Source of the DNA: Callorhinchus milii
Lineage: Eukaryota
Direction of reading: 5' to 3'
Assembly: GCF_018977255.1 (NCBI RefSeq)
Contig: NW_024704747.1
Span: forward strand, 22,320,001 to 22,384,000
Length of the DNA: 64,000 nt
In this document: piece after piece, positions 1 to 12,355 of the stretch
How the letters are laid out: each line of letters starts with the position of its first letter
Numbering within the stretch: the stretch's first letter is position 1
The notes under the pieces: model-generated
The model's input: only the letters and a program-made list of their open reading frames with translations
Database searches by the model: none
Told to the model about the DNA's origin: nothing
Made by a program: the position numbers and the translations under genes

Positions 1-742
1 GTGAGTTGCACAAGTGGGCCACACCAGCACACTCCTACCAGGAACTTTACAACAGAATTATATTAGTTACTGTAAATTGTAGTCTGCTTTGCCTCCCAGT
101 GTACAGCTGCACAAAATTTAAGATGATTGCACATTCAAAACCTTTCCCATGCTTATGCTTTCTACTTCCAGTCAGGTGAACTGATAGTATCTGCTGATAT
201 CTGAATGGCACTATGTGTGCAGGAAGCTGGGTAACCACATTAATTTGTTCAGAGACCTGAAATGGCTTATTAACTTGTTTTCTATGGAATTCATTAGGCA
301 GAGGAATGCTTGAATGGTTTAAGGACACGGGGGAGCAGTCTTTGAGGTAAGATTCAGTAGGTTTCCGTGACTGTAACTTTTACTTGAAATCCAAAGCTCT
401 TTAGCATCAGAGGACTGATATTTCTCATGGCCGTACCACCTATAATTTTACGCTAATAGTCCTGACCCTAAGACCACGAGACGCTTTGGGCCCCAGGTTT
501 CTCCTGCAGTTCGATACTTGCTATTTGTGACCATCAGTGAAAGGTGATCAAAGAACGTTCCCACCCTGCAGGTTCCAGTTTATGTTTCACCTGGTCACCA
601 CAGCACTAACCAGCAACATCTGCAGCACTGGATTCAGAACAGCTGTTCAATTTCCGAACGGCAAAACAATGGGATCTGAACATTCCCGCGATGGTGTCTT
701 CGGAGTTGAGGGTTGACTGGGAAAGTCTCTGCTCAATGGAGA

Positions 743-960
743 GGGGAGGAATTCCACCCGGGTCTAGATTTATTCTATTTAATGTAACATTTCAGAACAC
801 GTAGAATTTGGCAGATTCGAAATACAGTCTTAACTTTCCATCAGTTCTTTTAAGAACTGTAGAAAACTGACTTTGAAGTTTAGGTTGAATTTGACAATCT
901 GCCAAATTCTGGAAGCTCTGAAAATAGAGCAAGTCTAGACGTAGGCAAAAATCTTTATCA
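743..960. repeat. Palindromic (MITE-like) element, copy 1
   Basis: Perfect 15 bp inverted repeat agaatttggcagatt (803-817) / aatctgccaaattct (896-910), outer gtctaga/tctagac, central cagttctt/aagaactg. Confidence 0.8.
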
Positions 961-2971
961 CTAGGTGGCTAAGGCAATTTGTAGCACCCCCAATCACCAA
1001 CCCAGGAATTGAACCTGATACCATCTGGTCTGTATAACTAACTGCACCATCTATTGCTTTTAACTATTAGGCCATCAGCAGAGCTCAGCAGAACCTCCCT
1101 GAAAAGCAGAACTAAAGTTACACAAGCCATTTTCTCCATAATCTATAAAATGGATTGTAATTATATTGGAACCAACAACAACTTCAACAAAACCTTGCAT
1201 TTATATAGCATCCTTCATGCTGGGTAGTGTCCTGGAGCGCTTTAGTTCTTATAAAGCCAGTTTCTATCTAAAATTTTAAATGTGCCAAAGTTTTACCTTT
1301 AATTAGAGAGATAACAAAAAATGTTCAGAGCAATCTCACAATCTACTTTTCTTACTATTGCATTAGTATCTATCATTAGAGATATGAGCTAAGGCAAGAT
1401 TCATGAAGGTGCTCTTAAAACAGGTTGTAAACCTGCCTGAATTCATCTGGAAATTCTGATTGCAGGTCACTGCAACACACACCAGGTCAAATGACCTAAT
1501 GTCATGCAATATCACATGCCATACGATGTGCCAGAACTTTGGGGCTATACAATATCCAACAGCCAATAGGTGCCAAGGTGGCTTTCATCCATGTCCTCAA
1601 TACAAGCAACCTGTCCTGTTCTTAAATATAACCCATTTCCTTTAATTCCTTATCCTTTTCATGATTCTGTGAAGATGTTTCCCATTCAGAATATTTTACA
1701 GTTGCATCACTCTCCGATATATGGTTTCATATATGAATCAACATGAATCTTTTGGAATCAGATCACTGAATGGGGAATAAAAATCAAAGGCTTTTTTTAG
1801 TTTTTACAGATGTCCTCATCAATGACAGAATTTACATTGGTAGGAAATAGAGGCTGTTCATGCACTTTGTCCCTCTTAATCCCACTGTATAATCCTCAAA
1901 TCGTGTACAGCAATCTGCAATGTTTTTCTGTCCCTACACCAACAATGCTTCTGTGCACAATTGGCTGCTGCATTTTGCCCACAAAACATACAGTCACTAC
2001 ACTTTATAGTGTATCTTGTGAAGTGCTTTGAGATGTCTGAACGATGTAATAAGGCACTATATCAAATGCAAGGTTTATTATTATTTCAGCGTTTCCAATC
2101 CCTACGCCGGCTTCCGTCAACGTCAAAACTATTAATGTGTCCTCCTTCAAAATGTAGAACAGCTTGTAATTCAGCCGAAAATGGACAGGGGACTGCCCAG
2201 CCATTACACTCAACAGCAATCAGAATCAATTTGGCACTTTTAATCCATACTTAAAATGGAATTGGATGAATATTTAATGAAAAAACAGGGAAAGAGCAAG
2301 TCAATAGGAATCTGTGTGCATAGCTCCAGCACGAGCTAGAACTAGCACAGAGAAGATGGTTTAAATGGCCTACCTCTGAGCAGCACACAATGTATAAAAG
2401 TGTCCCCTTCCTCTACCTATTATGCCAAAATGATAAACGGACAAATGTTTTACCATATTTATATTTAAATAAATTTATTGCAAAGCACACGGCTCCCCGA
2501 TTGAAACCAGCTGCCTAAAATAATGCAAGTGAAATACAGATCAATTATTTTATCGAACACCAAATCAATCCATCTTAGATTTACAACATGAGTGAGTGTC
2601 TTGGTCTAGTTAGGTTTCATTAACTGTGTACATCAGTTCTCTTTAACACTGCACTGTAGATTTGACAATGAAGTGACTTCAAATCAGAGTAAATATTTGT
2701 GTGGGGTAAATACCAGAAAGAGGTGGCATAAATGCAGTCACCCACTTTGCTTTGGCCTCCACTAACTCTGCTTGAACAGGACTCTTTGTTTTTAAGGTGC
2801 CCTTTCCCCTTGTAAGAATTTCATACTCTACATTTGTAACAAAGAAAGACCTCAGCGGATACAAAATGGACTGCATTTAGGTTCAGCAACCAAGATATGC
2901 CTTTTTGCTGGCACTGAAATAATAAACTGCAACATGAATTATTTGCTGTGAAAAAGTTGCAGTGTGTTGAT

Positions 2972-3339
2972 TAATAATAATCCTTGCATTTGATATAGCG
3001 CCTTATCATATCTTCAAGATGTTTCAAAGTGCTTTACAGAATATACTGTAAAGTGAATTGACTGTATATTTGGTGGGCGAAAAGCGGCAGCCAATTGCGT
3101 GCAGCAGTGTCCCACAAACAGTCGTGGATTGAGTGACCAATTTATTATTTTTTTTAAAAAAGGAAATATTCCCCCTGGAAAAGCAATCCGCCAATCGACT
3201 AACAACCATGTTCCTACTTACCGCTAGGTAAACAGAGGTGTGAGAAGTAAAGAAACTTGCCTAACGTTTCACCCTGCAGTGAATCGAACCTAGGTCTCTC
3301 ACTTGAGAGGCGAGTGCTCTAATCACCGAGCTGCAGGAC
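2972..3339 (-). mobile_element. Full-length tRNA-derived SINE, long variant
   Basis: Same head and tail as the short variant, plus an extra ~60 nt block (tgtttacctagcggtaagtaggaac...gttagtcgattggcggattgcttttccagggg). Confidence 0.93.
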
Positions 3340-6300
3340 ATGAAGGCACATGAAGGCCATAGTATGCATCACAATGATTGCACAGAGAACAGTACCAACT
3401 TGAGCACTACATCATTTTACGTTGGTGGAGCTTGCTGATTCAAAAATGATCAGTTTTCCCCCCACTTGACATTTGAATTTATTGGCAATTCTCAGTTGGG
3501 AAAAAACACATGTAGACTTTGCAGTTTAAGAATATCTAACAGTTTGTTTATTATATAAAATGCATGAAACGCAGGCTCCTATTGCAGTATTTTTTAAATA
3601 AAATAGTTAATTTATATAACACTTAATCTCATTTGCCAGGAAATACTGGATTATGTAGCATTGTGGGACTTGGGTGCTGATTAACCTCCCAACTAGTAGC
3701 TGCTTAGCCTGCAGATATCAAAGATAGTCAACTGCGTCCGTGTACTTTAATGTTTTGCTGTGAACATGGCTCTGGGAATGTAAGGTAGTATTACTAGATT
3801 TAGGTATGCTGCTAATGCCATCATATTTTCTTTAAAAAATGTAATCGTTAAAGAAGGAAATATTTTGTGCTCACCCTCGCTCACCCTTTCAACACATGGA
3901 TATCAACATCAACCTGTTCTCCAGCTTCCAAGCCCTTCCTGTGTAGTTGAAACTGCCTATGTCAGCACATAGGCTTGATCGTCTTACACAAAACAACCCA
4001 CATACTGCATTGATTTAGCAAATTGCTTATTTTCCAGTGCAGATGCTGCAACCTCAAACACTGGTATGAAGGGCAGCAGTAAAACCCACAATTTTCCTCA
4101 ATAAATACCAACACATTATAACTACAGCCAGTTTGGGTAGGTTAGCTTTCTGTTCATCATTTTCCTATCAGTGGTTGCCGTATAGAATGGTCATTTGTAT
4201 GTTAATAGCTTCCCGGCAGCATGACTATTCAAATGTTCAGCCTGGAACTAAGGAGAAACTTTTTTTTCATTAAGAATGGACTCCTGCCCTTGTTTTCGTG
4301 TTTGTTTCCTTTTTGTTGGAACGGTGTTCAGCACATGGTCTGATTGGTTTGGTTTGTCCACTGAATACATTGGTTTAGATCCTTGCCTGGAAAATAGGTA
4401 ACGTAACAGAGAAAGACAGGCTTCGGTAACTCCTGTAGTGTTTTTCCACTTAGAATTAACTCTCCTTCACTTTATGCTGTGTGTTTTACATACACACAGC
4501 ATAAAGCTTCAGCTTCACTGCAGGTTACATATACATAGGCATAAAGTAACAGTCTCAACAAAACTGTGAAGAAGTCACTGTTGCAATGTGAAGTCTAATG
4601 CTTTATTCCCCAAATATCCAACAGAATTCACATGCCTTTTCACAACAGTATGAATGACGTTTGCTCAGCCCACTTCCCTACAAAATAGTTCAACCTCTAA
4701 GGTCATCAGCATAATCCGGGTATACACATTTGCTGTCTTTTGAATGAGGAGAAGATTAAGAAGGGGCTTCGCCCACTGAGTGAGTGAGTTTGTATTTACA
4801 GGTGCGGTTGCCTAGACTGGAGCAAATTCCGTCACAAGTGTGGAATTGGTGCACTTCTATCAACCCATCTAACCACAAACAAACTAAGGCAGAAATGCAT
4901 TCTCCTGGGAGCAACAAAACACATGTGAAAAAAACGACAAGATCCTGAATCTGATATTTTTTTAAAAAGGAACTCTCCAGCAAAGAGTCTGGTTCTAAAT
5001 AATTAAAACCAGAGGCCTGACTCTCTTCCCTAAATGTAACTGAGATAAGTGCCATAACGTCACAGCCCGGGTCCAGCCAGGACATCTTACTCGCTTGTAG
5101 CTATTGGGGATGAAACGGATTGCACAGTGGATGAAGTTCAAATCCTCCATCCCCTTGTTTGCATTCGATCCATGTGACAGTAACGAGATTGACCAGAGTT
5201 CATTCACAAGGTGTCAAGTCAGCAGTTGTAACGCAGCAGCACAATATCAATGCACAGTCAAACTCTGGTGCTGTGCACATAGGCTCTGGGTAGAGCCCAG
5301 TATTTTTCCTGTCAATGAGTGGCCAGCCTTCTGCCCATATTGGTGGAAATCTGGCACCGCACCAGTTGAATTATATACTGACACGTCAGTGAAAGAACCA
5401 CAAGTGGAGGCAAGTCAGAGCCACACTGCAATGTTTCAAAAGTCAAATTTGAAACATCACAGTATTGAGCACATTTTAAAGCCACTTCGTCCATATTGAC
5501 AAGATTTGGGAAAGGATCAGTCGTCCCTTTTCAGATGGGGCAACAGAAGATTTTCTCTAATGTAATAAATGCTCTCCCGTTCTAATCACAAGCTTGCATT
5601 GATATAACGTCCCTCACGCAGTATAGCATCCCAGAACGTTTGACAGAGCGCTTGAATTATTCAAGGAAGCTGAGCATTTCAACCAAGAATTTAATTTGTG
5701 CTGCCGTATCTCTTTGTTTCAAACACTTGTGTGTATTTGTTTGTTGTATTTTTTTAAAAAAACACAGGTGAATTGTTCATTCATTCTCTACTGGACATTT
5801 ACGACTATTCCACATTGATTACCACCTGCCACCAGGGTCTCTAACATGAATCGCTTCCTTACCATATGCGCCCTTGTGTGCAAATCTCATGCACCCGCGA
5901 GAACCCATTCCGCCTGCATGAATCTGTGAAACAGTTAGCAATTCCTTAAATGGTCAGGCAGTGTTCCTTGCCGGTGAACTAATGCCTCTAAGCCATTTCT
6001 CTCTTCCTGCGTGCGATCTTGATGTCTGTCTCACGGCTACCAGAGCACACACCAAGCTGCAGACAAGAACATACTTGCATTTTGATAGATTCAGGCCAAC
6101 TGCAGCTACTGACGTACCATTTCACCACCACGTCAAAAAGTACTGTGAACCCTGTTTAAGACCACAGAGAACAGGGTGGAGAAGTCCTCAGAGATCCTGA
6201 ACTCCTATATCTGTAAGCAGCTGGTTTTACCTGTGCTCTGTGAAAGCGCTCTGGGATTCTACCATGTGAGGCACGCTATATCAGTGCAATGTGAACAAAC

Positions 6301-6486
6301 AGTGGTCCCATCCTGCCGTAAAGCTATCAGTGACCTTGAGATAACACAAAACAGAGACGCAACAAATGTGGTAAGCAAAACAAATGATACTGCACCTGTG
6401 AAACACGAGACACACAATAGGACCTCAGCTGTTAAATAAGGATTCCCAGACTTGTAAATGCTGAGAATTTAGGGAGTGATGCCATC

Positions 6487-6925
6487 ACAACAAATAACAA
6501 CAACTAGCACTTGTTTAACATCCCCCAGGCAGGGCAGCGTCCCAAAGAGCGCTTAATTTCTGACTCCGAGCCGGGGGGGGGGGGGGGGGGGGGGGGGGAG
6601 GTGGAGGTGGCTGTAAGCACGATCGAAGAGGAAAGTTTTCAGTTGGGACTTGAAAAAGGGGAGGGGCAAGGCGGAGGGATTGAGGGAGAGGGTTCCAGAG
6701 TTTTGGGGCGTAGTGGCTGAAAGCGTGACCTCTGATGGTGGGGCGGAGGGTTCGAAGGACAAGCAGGAGATGGTCAAGCGGAAGGTGCCGGGTGGTGGAC
6801 TGGGGAGTGATGAGGTGGGAGAGGTAGGGAGGTGCCAGGGAGTGAAGAGATTTGAACACGAGTGTGAGGATCTTGAAGTCAATCCATTCGGTGATGGGGA
6901 GCCAGTGGAGCCTGGTCAGAACTGG
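6487..6925 (-). mobile_element. L2 LINE 3' fragment (a different, more diverged subfamily)
   Basis: FKSLHSLAPPYLSHLI...GHAFSHYAPKLWNPLP...[14 protein letters not shown] split across two frames, ending in a TTG-rich tail. Confidence 0.9.
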
Positions 6926-8212
6926 TGCTTTTGGTCACCTTTCCCCTCCCACGTCCCTTGGCCCCCATCCCCAGCTCGGGTGCCTAGCCAGTTCTGGTAA
7001 GTGCTTTGGAACATTCTTATCACCATGAAAGGTGCTATATAAGCATGAAGTTGTTATGCATTGGGTTACTGTGAGCAGTTACGGTGCTCCAGCACAAATT
7101 AAATGTGCTAATGTTAACCTGGAGAGCTAATGTTCTACATCTGTGGAGATGTCACTCATTTAACTGTCTGTCTGTTGTTTTAAAGAGTGAATCTTTTCAA
7201 ACTGGCACAATTTCCAAGGGCAAATATCGGATTCGTTAGAACCAGCCTAAAGCCACCACCCCACATCAGGATGTTCTGCCCATCTCAAACAAGCCACTTC
7301 TGCTCCACATTACAACACCAGCACTCTGTGGGCAGAGATGCAAATTCATGGCAAGAACACACAGGGCCAAACATCACCAGCAGCTTGTCTCACACAACAA
7401 CCAAACTGGAAGCGGACTTCAAATAAAATTCTTCAGAACTTCAAAAGCAAACCTGTCTACATGTTCCTGCCAACCCCACAAGAAACTGAGAGTGACCTTA
7501 GGAAAGGTTCTGGCACCACGTGAAGTGGTTCTCACCAGAGGCTGCTGTGAAATGATATTCCAGACATCTGCTTGTGGCACACAGGCTACAGAATTGATTT
7601 CATCTACTCATGGCTTCCCACTTTCAATGAATAGGTTTTGTGTGAAAAGGCATTTGGGTTTATTTGATCTCATCCTTCTAGTTATCTTGTTGCCTTTACC
7701 ATTACAGCATCAAGCTGTGTTCTGAATGAGTCCAGTGCCATGGTTGTAACCACCCTTTTAATAACATTCCAGCTGTTCAGCCTCAAAGAAACATCTGAGC
7801 TAAACCTCTGCCTGTCTAACAATCCTCCAGTTAAATTGATGATTCATCTCCTGGCTGTTTGTGGGATATTGCTAGGAGTGAATTGGCTGCCACGTTCACC
7901 TACAAAAACAGTCACTTCACTTAACAGTAATTACTGTGAGGCTCTTTTCAGATGTTTTGACATTACCGGGGCTATATCAAATGCAAGAATTATTATTTAT
8001 TATTAAACTTCTCCTGCAGGGTTCTCTTGCAGAATCCTGCAATCAGGATCAAGAACATTCAATGGACAATCAGTTGATGTTGTTACACATGGTCAAGTTT
8101 ATAGTTATAATCATATAGTAAGTACCTCCACATTCAGGACCCAAAGATTTGTTTTGTTGTCAGAACAGCTGGATGTTTATTATTATTATTTTATTATTGT
8201 GTTCATACACAT

Positions 8213-8538
8213 GTGGAGTCCTGTAGCTCAGTGGTGAGAGCACTCGCTTTGCAAGCGAGACACCTGGGTTCAATTCCCGGCAGGGCGGAACCTTGGGCAA
8301 GTTTCCTTACTCTACACGCCTAATAATAATCCCTCCAAGAAAAAAAACAATAATAAATTGGTCATTTTCAATCTACGACTGTTTGTGGGACATTGCTGTG
8401 CGCAATTGGCTGCCGCGTTCACCTACAAATATACAGTCAATTCACTTTACAGTAAATTCTGTGAAGCGCTTTGGGACATCCTCCTGACGTGAAAAGCGCT
8501 ATATCAAATGCAAGGATTATTATTATTATTATTATTAT
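8213..8538 (+). mobile_element. Full-length tRNA-Ala-derived SINE, short variant
   Basis: A box tagctcagtgg, B box ggttcaattcc, Deu-like body ctgtttgtgggacattgctgtgcgcaattggctgccgcgtt, L2-type stem-loop tail and (TTA)n. Confidence 0.95.
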
Positions 8539-9326
8539 ACACACTCATTTGCAGGCATGAGAGTCACAGGAACAGAGGCTAAAGGAAGAGACAAGGCGGG
8601 AAGTGATTTGAATGGTTGGAGGCTCATGTGGAAGGCAAACACAGACACAGAATGTTTGGGCCGAATGGCCTATTTCAGTGCTGTAAATTATATGTATGTA
8701 AATCTATGTATGTGAAAAAAGATCAGCAATGGAGCCATGCATCAGGAGACAATTCAAGACCAAATGAACCGTTATTTCATTTGAACATAATCCAGCTTTG
8801 CAGCAAGGGTTTAAAGAGCGGGCTTGTGGAAATCCATTCCATCCGATTAGATTTGCAAAGCCTAAGCATCTCAATTGCTGAGGACAAAAGTGACATTTTC
8901 TAACTGTGCTTTTGCGATGCAGGAAATATTCTGGGCTGCAGGATTACAGGTAATAAACGTGACCTATATTTTATTGTACCCCCCCACACTGGCTTGGTTT
9001 GACTGCCCATATAAATCTCTAGGCCTTCAGAATACATACAAAATTCTCAACCCTGCTAATAGAAATCATTTTGGATAAAACTGCAACTGAAAAAAGAATC
9101 ACAGTGTAAAAATACATATGTTAATGGAGAGACGTTCAACTGACAAGAACGGAGAGACTGTACTGGTCTAGACTTCACTCAGCAGGTAACTTAAACCTGT
9201 TTGCCCAAGAACTTGCTCTGACGTTTACAGTGTTTCAGTGCCCCTTGGCTTCCACTGAAAGCATTTCACATGCTTTGAGATGTCAAAACACAAACAAAAT
9301 GCTGTAAGTATGTAATTCATTAGTGT

Positions 9327-10017
9327 CAACAACAACAACAAGATTCCATTTATAAAGCGCCTTTCACGTCAGGAGGACGTCCCAAGGCGCTGCACAGTTG
9401 GGTCAGGACCCGAGCAGGGGGGAAATGGTCAGGGTGAGGGGAGGGAAGGGAGGGAGCGAGGAGGGGGAAATGGTCAGGGTGAGAGGAGGGAAGGGAGGGA
9501 GCGAGGAGGGGGAAGAGAGTCGAGAGGGGAGCTGAAGGCTCGGTCAAAGAGAAAGGTTTTGAGACCGGCCTTGAAGGAGGAGAGGGAGGAAGCAAGGCGA
9601 AGGCACTGGGGGATGGCGTTCCAGAGCCTGGAGGCTGAGAGGCTGAAGGCCCGACCACCGATGGTAGGGCGATTGGGGCGGGGGACGTGGAGCAGACCGG
9701 AGCCGGAGGAACGGAGGGTACGGGCAGGTAGGTAGGTGGATAGTAGGTCAGAGAGGTAGGAGGGAGCGAGGCCGTGGATGGCCTTATAGGTGAGGATGAG
9801 GATTTTGAAATCAATCCTCTGGGGGATGGGGAGCCAGTGGAGGCGAGCGAGGGTGGGAGTGATGTGGTCCTGAAGCCTGGTGCGGGACAGTACACGAGCT
9901 GCAGAGTTCTGAATGACCTGCAGCTTGTGGAGGGAGGTGGCGGGAAGGCCGGCGAGGAGAGAGTTCCTATAGTCCAGCCTTGAGGTGACAAAGGCGTGGA
10001 CCAGAGTTTCAGCAGCA
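9327..10017 (-). mobile_element. Young 5'-truncated L2 LINE (ORF2 C-terminus, 3' UTR, stem-loop tail, (TTG)n)
   Basis: Open frame [21 protein letters not shown]...[23 protein letters not shown]...GGRAFS...LWN...[10 protein letters not shown], typical of the L2 ORF2 end. The tail ends in ttgttgttg. Confidence 0.95.
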
Positions 10018-10064
10018 ATTGTACAAATGTCCAATTGTACATAGACAAAGGGAGACTTAGGAAC

Positions 10065-10300
10065 CTCAACAACATCAATTTGCACTTAGACTGCAAATTG
10101 TCTGTCTTGTAGGAATCTCACAGAACGCTTCAGATAGATTAGGAGCACAAGATGGATGAGGGATAAACGGGAAGGGAGTTGGTAGACAGGTGACTGAAGA
10201 CACAAAGGTTGTGATGGTAGAGAGGTGGCAACCATGGTGAGGGAGGATTTAGGGAGTGCCTTTCAAGGACAAAGCTTGCCCACTGGTAGTCAGGCAGAGA
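10065..10300 (-). mobile_element. Old degraded L2-like 3' fragment
   Basis: An aacaacatcaatttgcact tail followed by purine-rich sequence resembling the antisense of an L2 ORF2 end. Confidence 0.45.
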
Positions 10301-12291
10301 GCACGGGACTGCAATCCTGCCTGTTGTTAGTCACTAAAACTATGTGTAACTTGTTGGACTGCACGTAACACTAATTCCTGCTGATCTAGTTTAACTGGTT
10401 AAGGCTTGGCTGCTGGTGGAGTGGAAAGAATGTTATATTTGGAGGGAAGGAGGTCAGGAGATTATACTGGAGCTAGATGAGTATTTTGGAGTTTTTGCAC
10501 ATTTAACTGTGTAGTTGTGGTAGCCTTGCTGAATATTTCACCAGGAGATAAAAATGGGTGAAGTGATGTTCACAGGCTGCCATTTGAAAATGCCCGAAGA
10601 GTGAATTAAGTATCACATTTCCCCGTCCAGCTTTAAATCCTACTCTCGCTTCGAATTTGGTGTCAACACAAAACCTGAAGGCCATTTCATTACATTTTTC
10701 AATTATCTACTTCATAAAAAAATCTACTAGAGCCACTTAAATTTTTCATGAGGTGACACGGAACTACCACAATTATGTACTTAAATGCAGCACAGTATTG
10801 GATGAAAGCAGTCACGTTGAGATTCATTGTCATGTGCGTTGAATGGTTTCTTTTTATTCGTGCTTATAAGTATCAGTTTGCAATGGAAATGCATTATCAA
10901 TTTAAGATTTCAATCTTCAGAGAAAAATGTGCCATTGGTCAATACAGTAGATGCATTGTTCTCACACTGAGTAAGGAAAACAAAAGTACAAGATCACAAA
11001 AAGAGGTTTGGATGAAGCATAGCCGATTTTACAGCTATTTGATCTAATCCTTCCAGAATATATACCCATCTCCTTCACATTACAGAGTCAAGCAGTTTCT
11101 TAAATGTGTCCAGTGTCCTGGCCTCTACCACCCATTATGGAACCTGCCCCAATCAAATTGATGCTGTACAGTGATTGTAAGAACATAGGCTCATCGAGCC
11201 TGATCGACTAGTTTAATGGATCTTGGCAGATTGCTTAACCCCCATTCCCTTTACCTCTACTACCCAAGTATGAGTCTGCATCTCTTTCAAACATACCTAT
11301 TAATTCCATCTCAACCTCCTTTGAGTCAGAACTTTGCAGTGTCTCATTAAAGTGAGAGCCTTGAATTATATATGAACCTAGCAAGGGATATAGCAGTGGG
11401 AAAGCACCATTATCTTTTCCCTACCTAGCATAGGAAAGCCCGAGATCAACACCTCCATCAACTTGGAGATGAGATCAACTAACTCCCAGTTAGCAGTCGT
11501 GGGATCAAGCTTGGGATCTTCATGCATTTTATGACTCGGGATCACACCATCAGAAAAGCAAACACACATACACCTCTATCTGTAATGTACATTGTGTGTC
11601 TCAGCAGACACAGGCAAAATGAAAATCAATCAACACAATGCATTCACCAATGATCTGGTACTTCACCAAACGCCGGCCAAGAGCAAACTTAAAATCCATC
11701 CATCCCTTTTTTCAGATACCTACTAACAATCATGAAATGCATTTGTAATCTACAGTTTCAATCCCACTCACTGAGATCGGAATGCATCATATGATCATCA
11801 ACTGAAATCTCTAGTTACCTGAGCATGAAATAAATTCTAAAGTTTTCAACAGCCAAGGTTAGTCATTAAAACTAAAATGATACATTGCCTAATGCACTAC
11901 ATATTCCTATTGATCTAGTTAAACTAGTTATGTATTTATTTGATTGTTGGCTGGGGAAAGGGTGGAAAGGATGTTATCTGTGGAGGGAAGCATACCACTC
12001 CCTTTGAAAGTTTTAACACTGGAGATGAATGAGCTTTTTATACCGTTCTTACCATCAAATGCTGCACAACTGACTCACCAAGTTAAGTCAAGTCATTTAA
12101 AACCACATTAAACACATCACAAAAATCTGACCACTGCAATCACTGGGCTCTGCAGTAAATCCTGGGCGTTAATTTGAAACGTTTCAATGACGTGATGAAG
12201 GACATCAAACAGATGTATAAAGCATATCAAATGCAAGGAATATTATTATCACTGTTAGTATTATTATTATTAGCCAGTGTGCCATACTTAC

Positions 12292-12355
12292 AGTTGCTGA
12301 TAACTCCACCGAGTGGGTCACCTTTAAAATCAAACTCGATGTCCATATACTTGCC
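12292..12355 (-). CDS. myo1b: Myosin-Ib coding exon (probably exon 7): GKYMDIEFDFKGDPLGGVISN(Y)
   Basis: 64 nt exon. Acceptor ttttttttaaaaaacag, donor T|gtaagt. Continues SSRF-GKY and matches the recalled MYO1B peptide. Confidence 0.98.

Larger units (their letters stand above)
1..12291 (-). other. myo1b: myo1b intron after the GKYMDIEF exon; the next exon (YLLEKSRVV...ERNFH) was not found in the window
   Basis: Donor at 12287-12291. A manual scan found no LLEKSR/ERNFH-coding sequence, but it could have been missed by eye. Confidence 0.7.

Noticed and set aside
8217-8288. Bona fide tRNA-Ala gene
   Set aside because: It is followed directly by SINE body and tail with no poly-T terminator, and it recurs as the head of many SINE copies.
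9350-10096. 248 aa Pro/Ser-rich ORF and 203 aa ORF as host genes
   Set aside because: Both are frames of a truncated L2. The apparent starts lie in unrelated flanking sequence.
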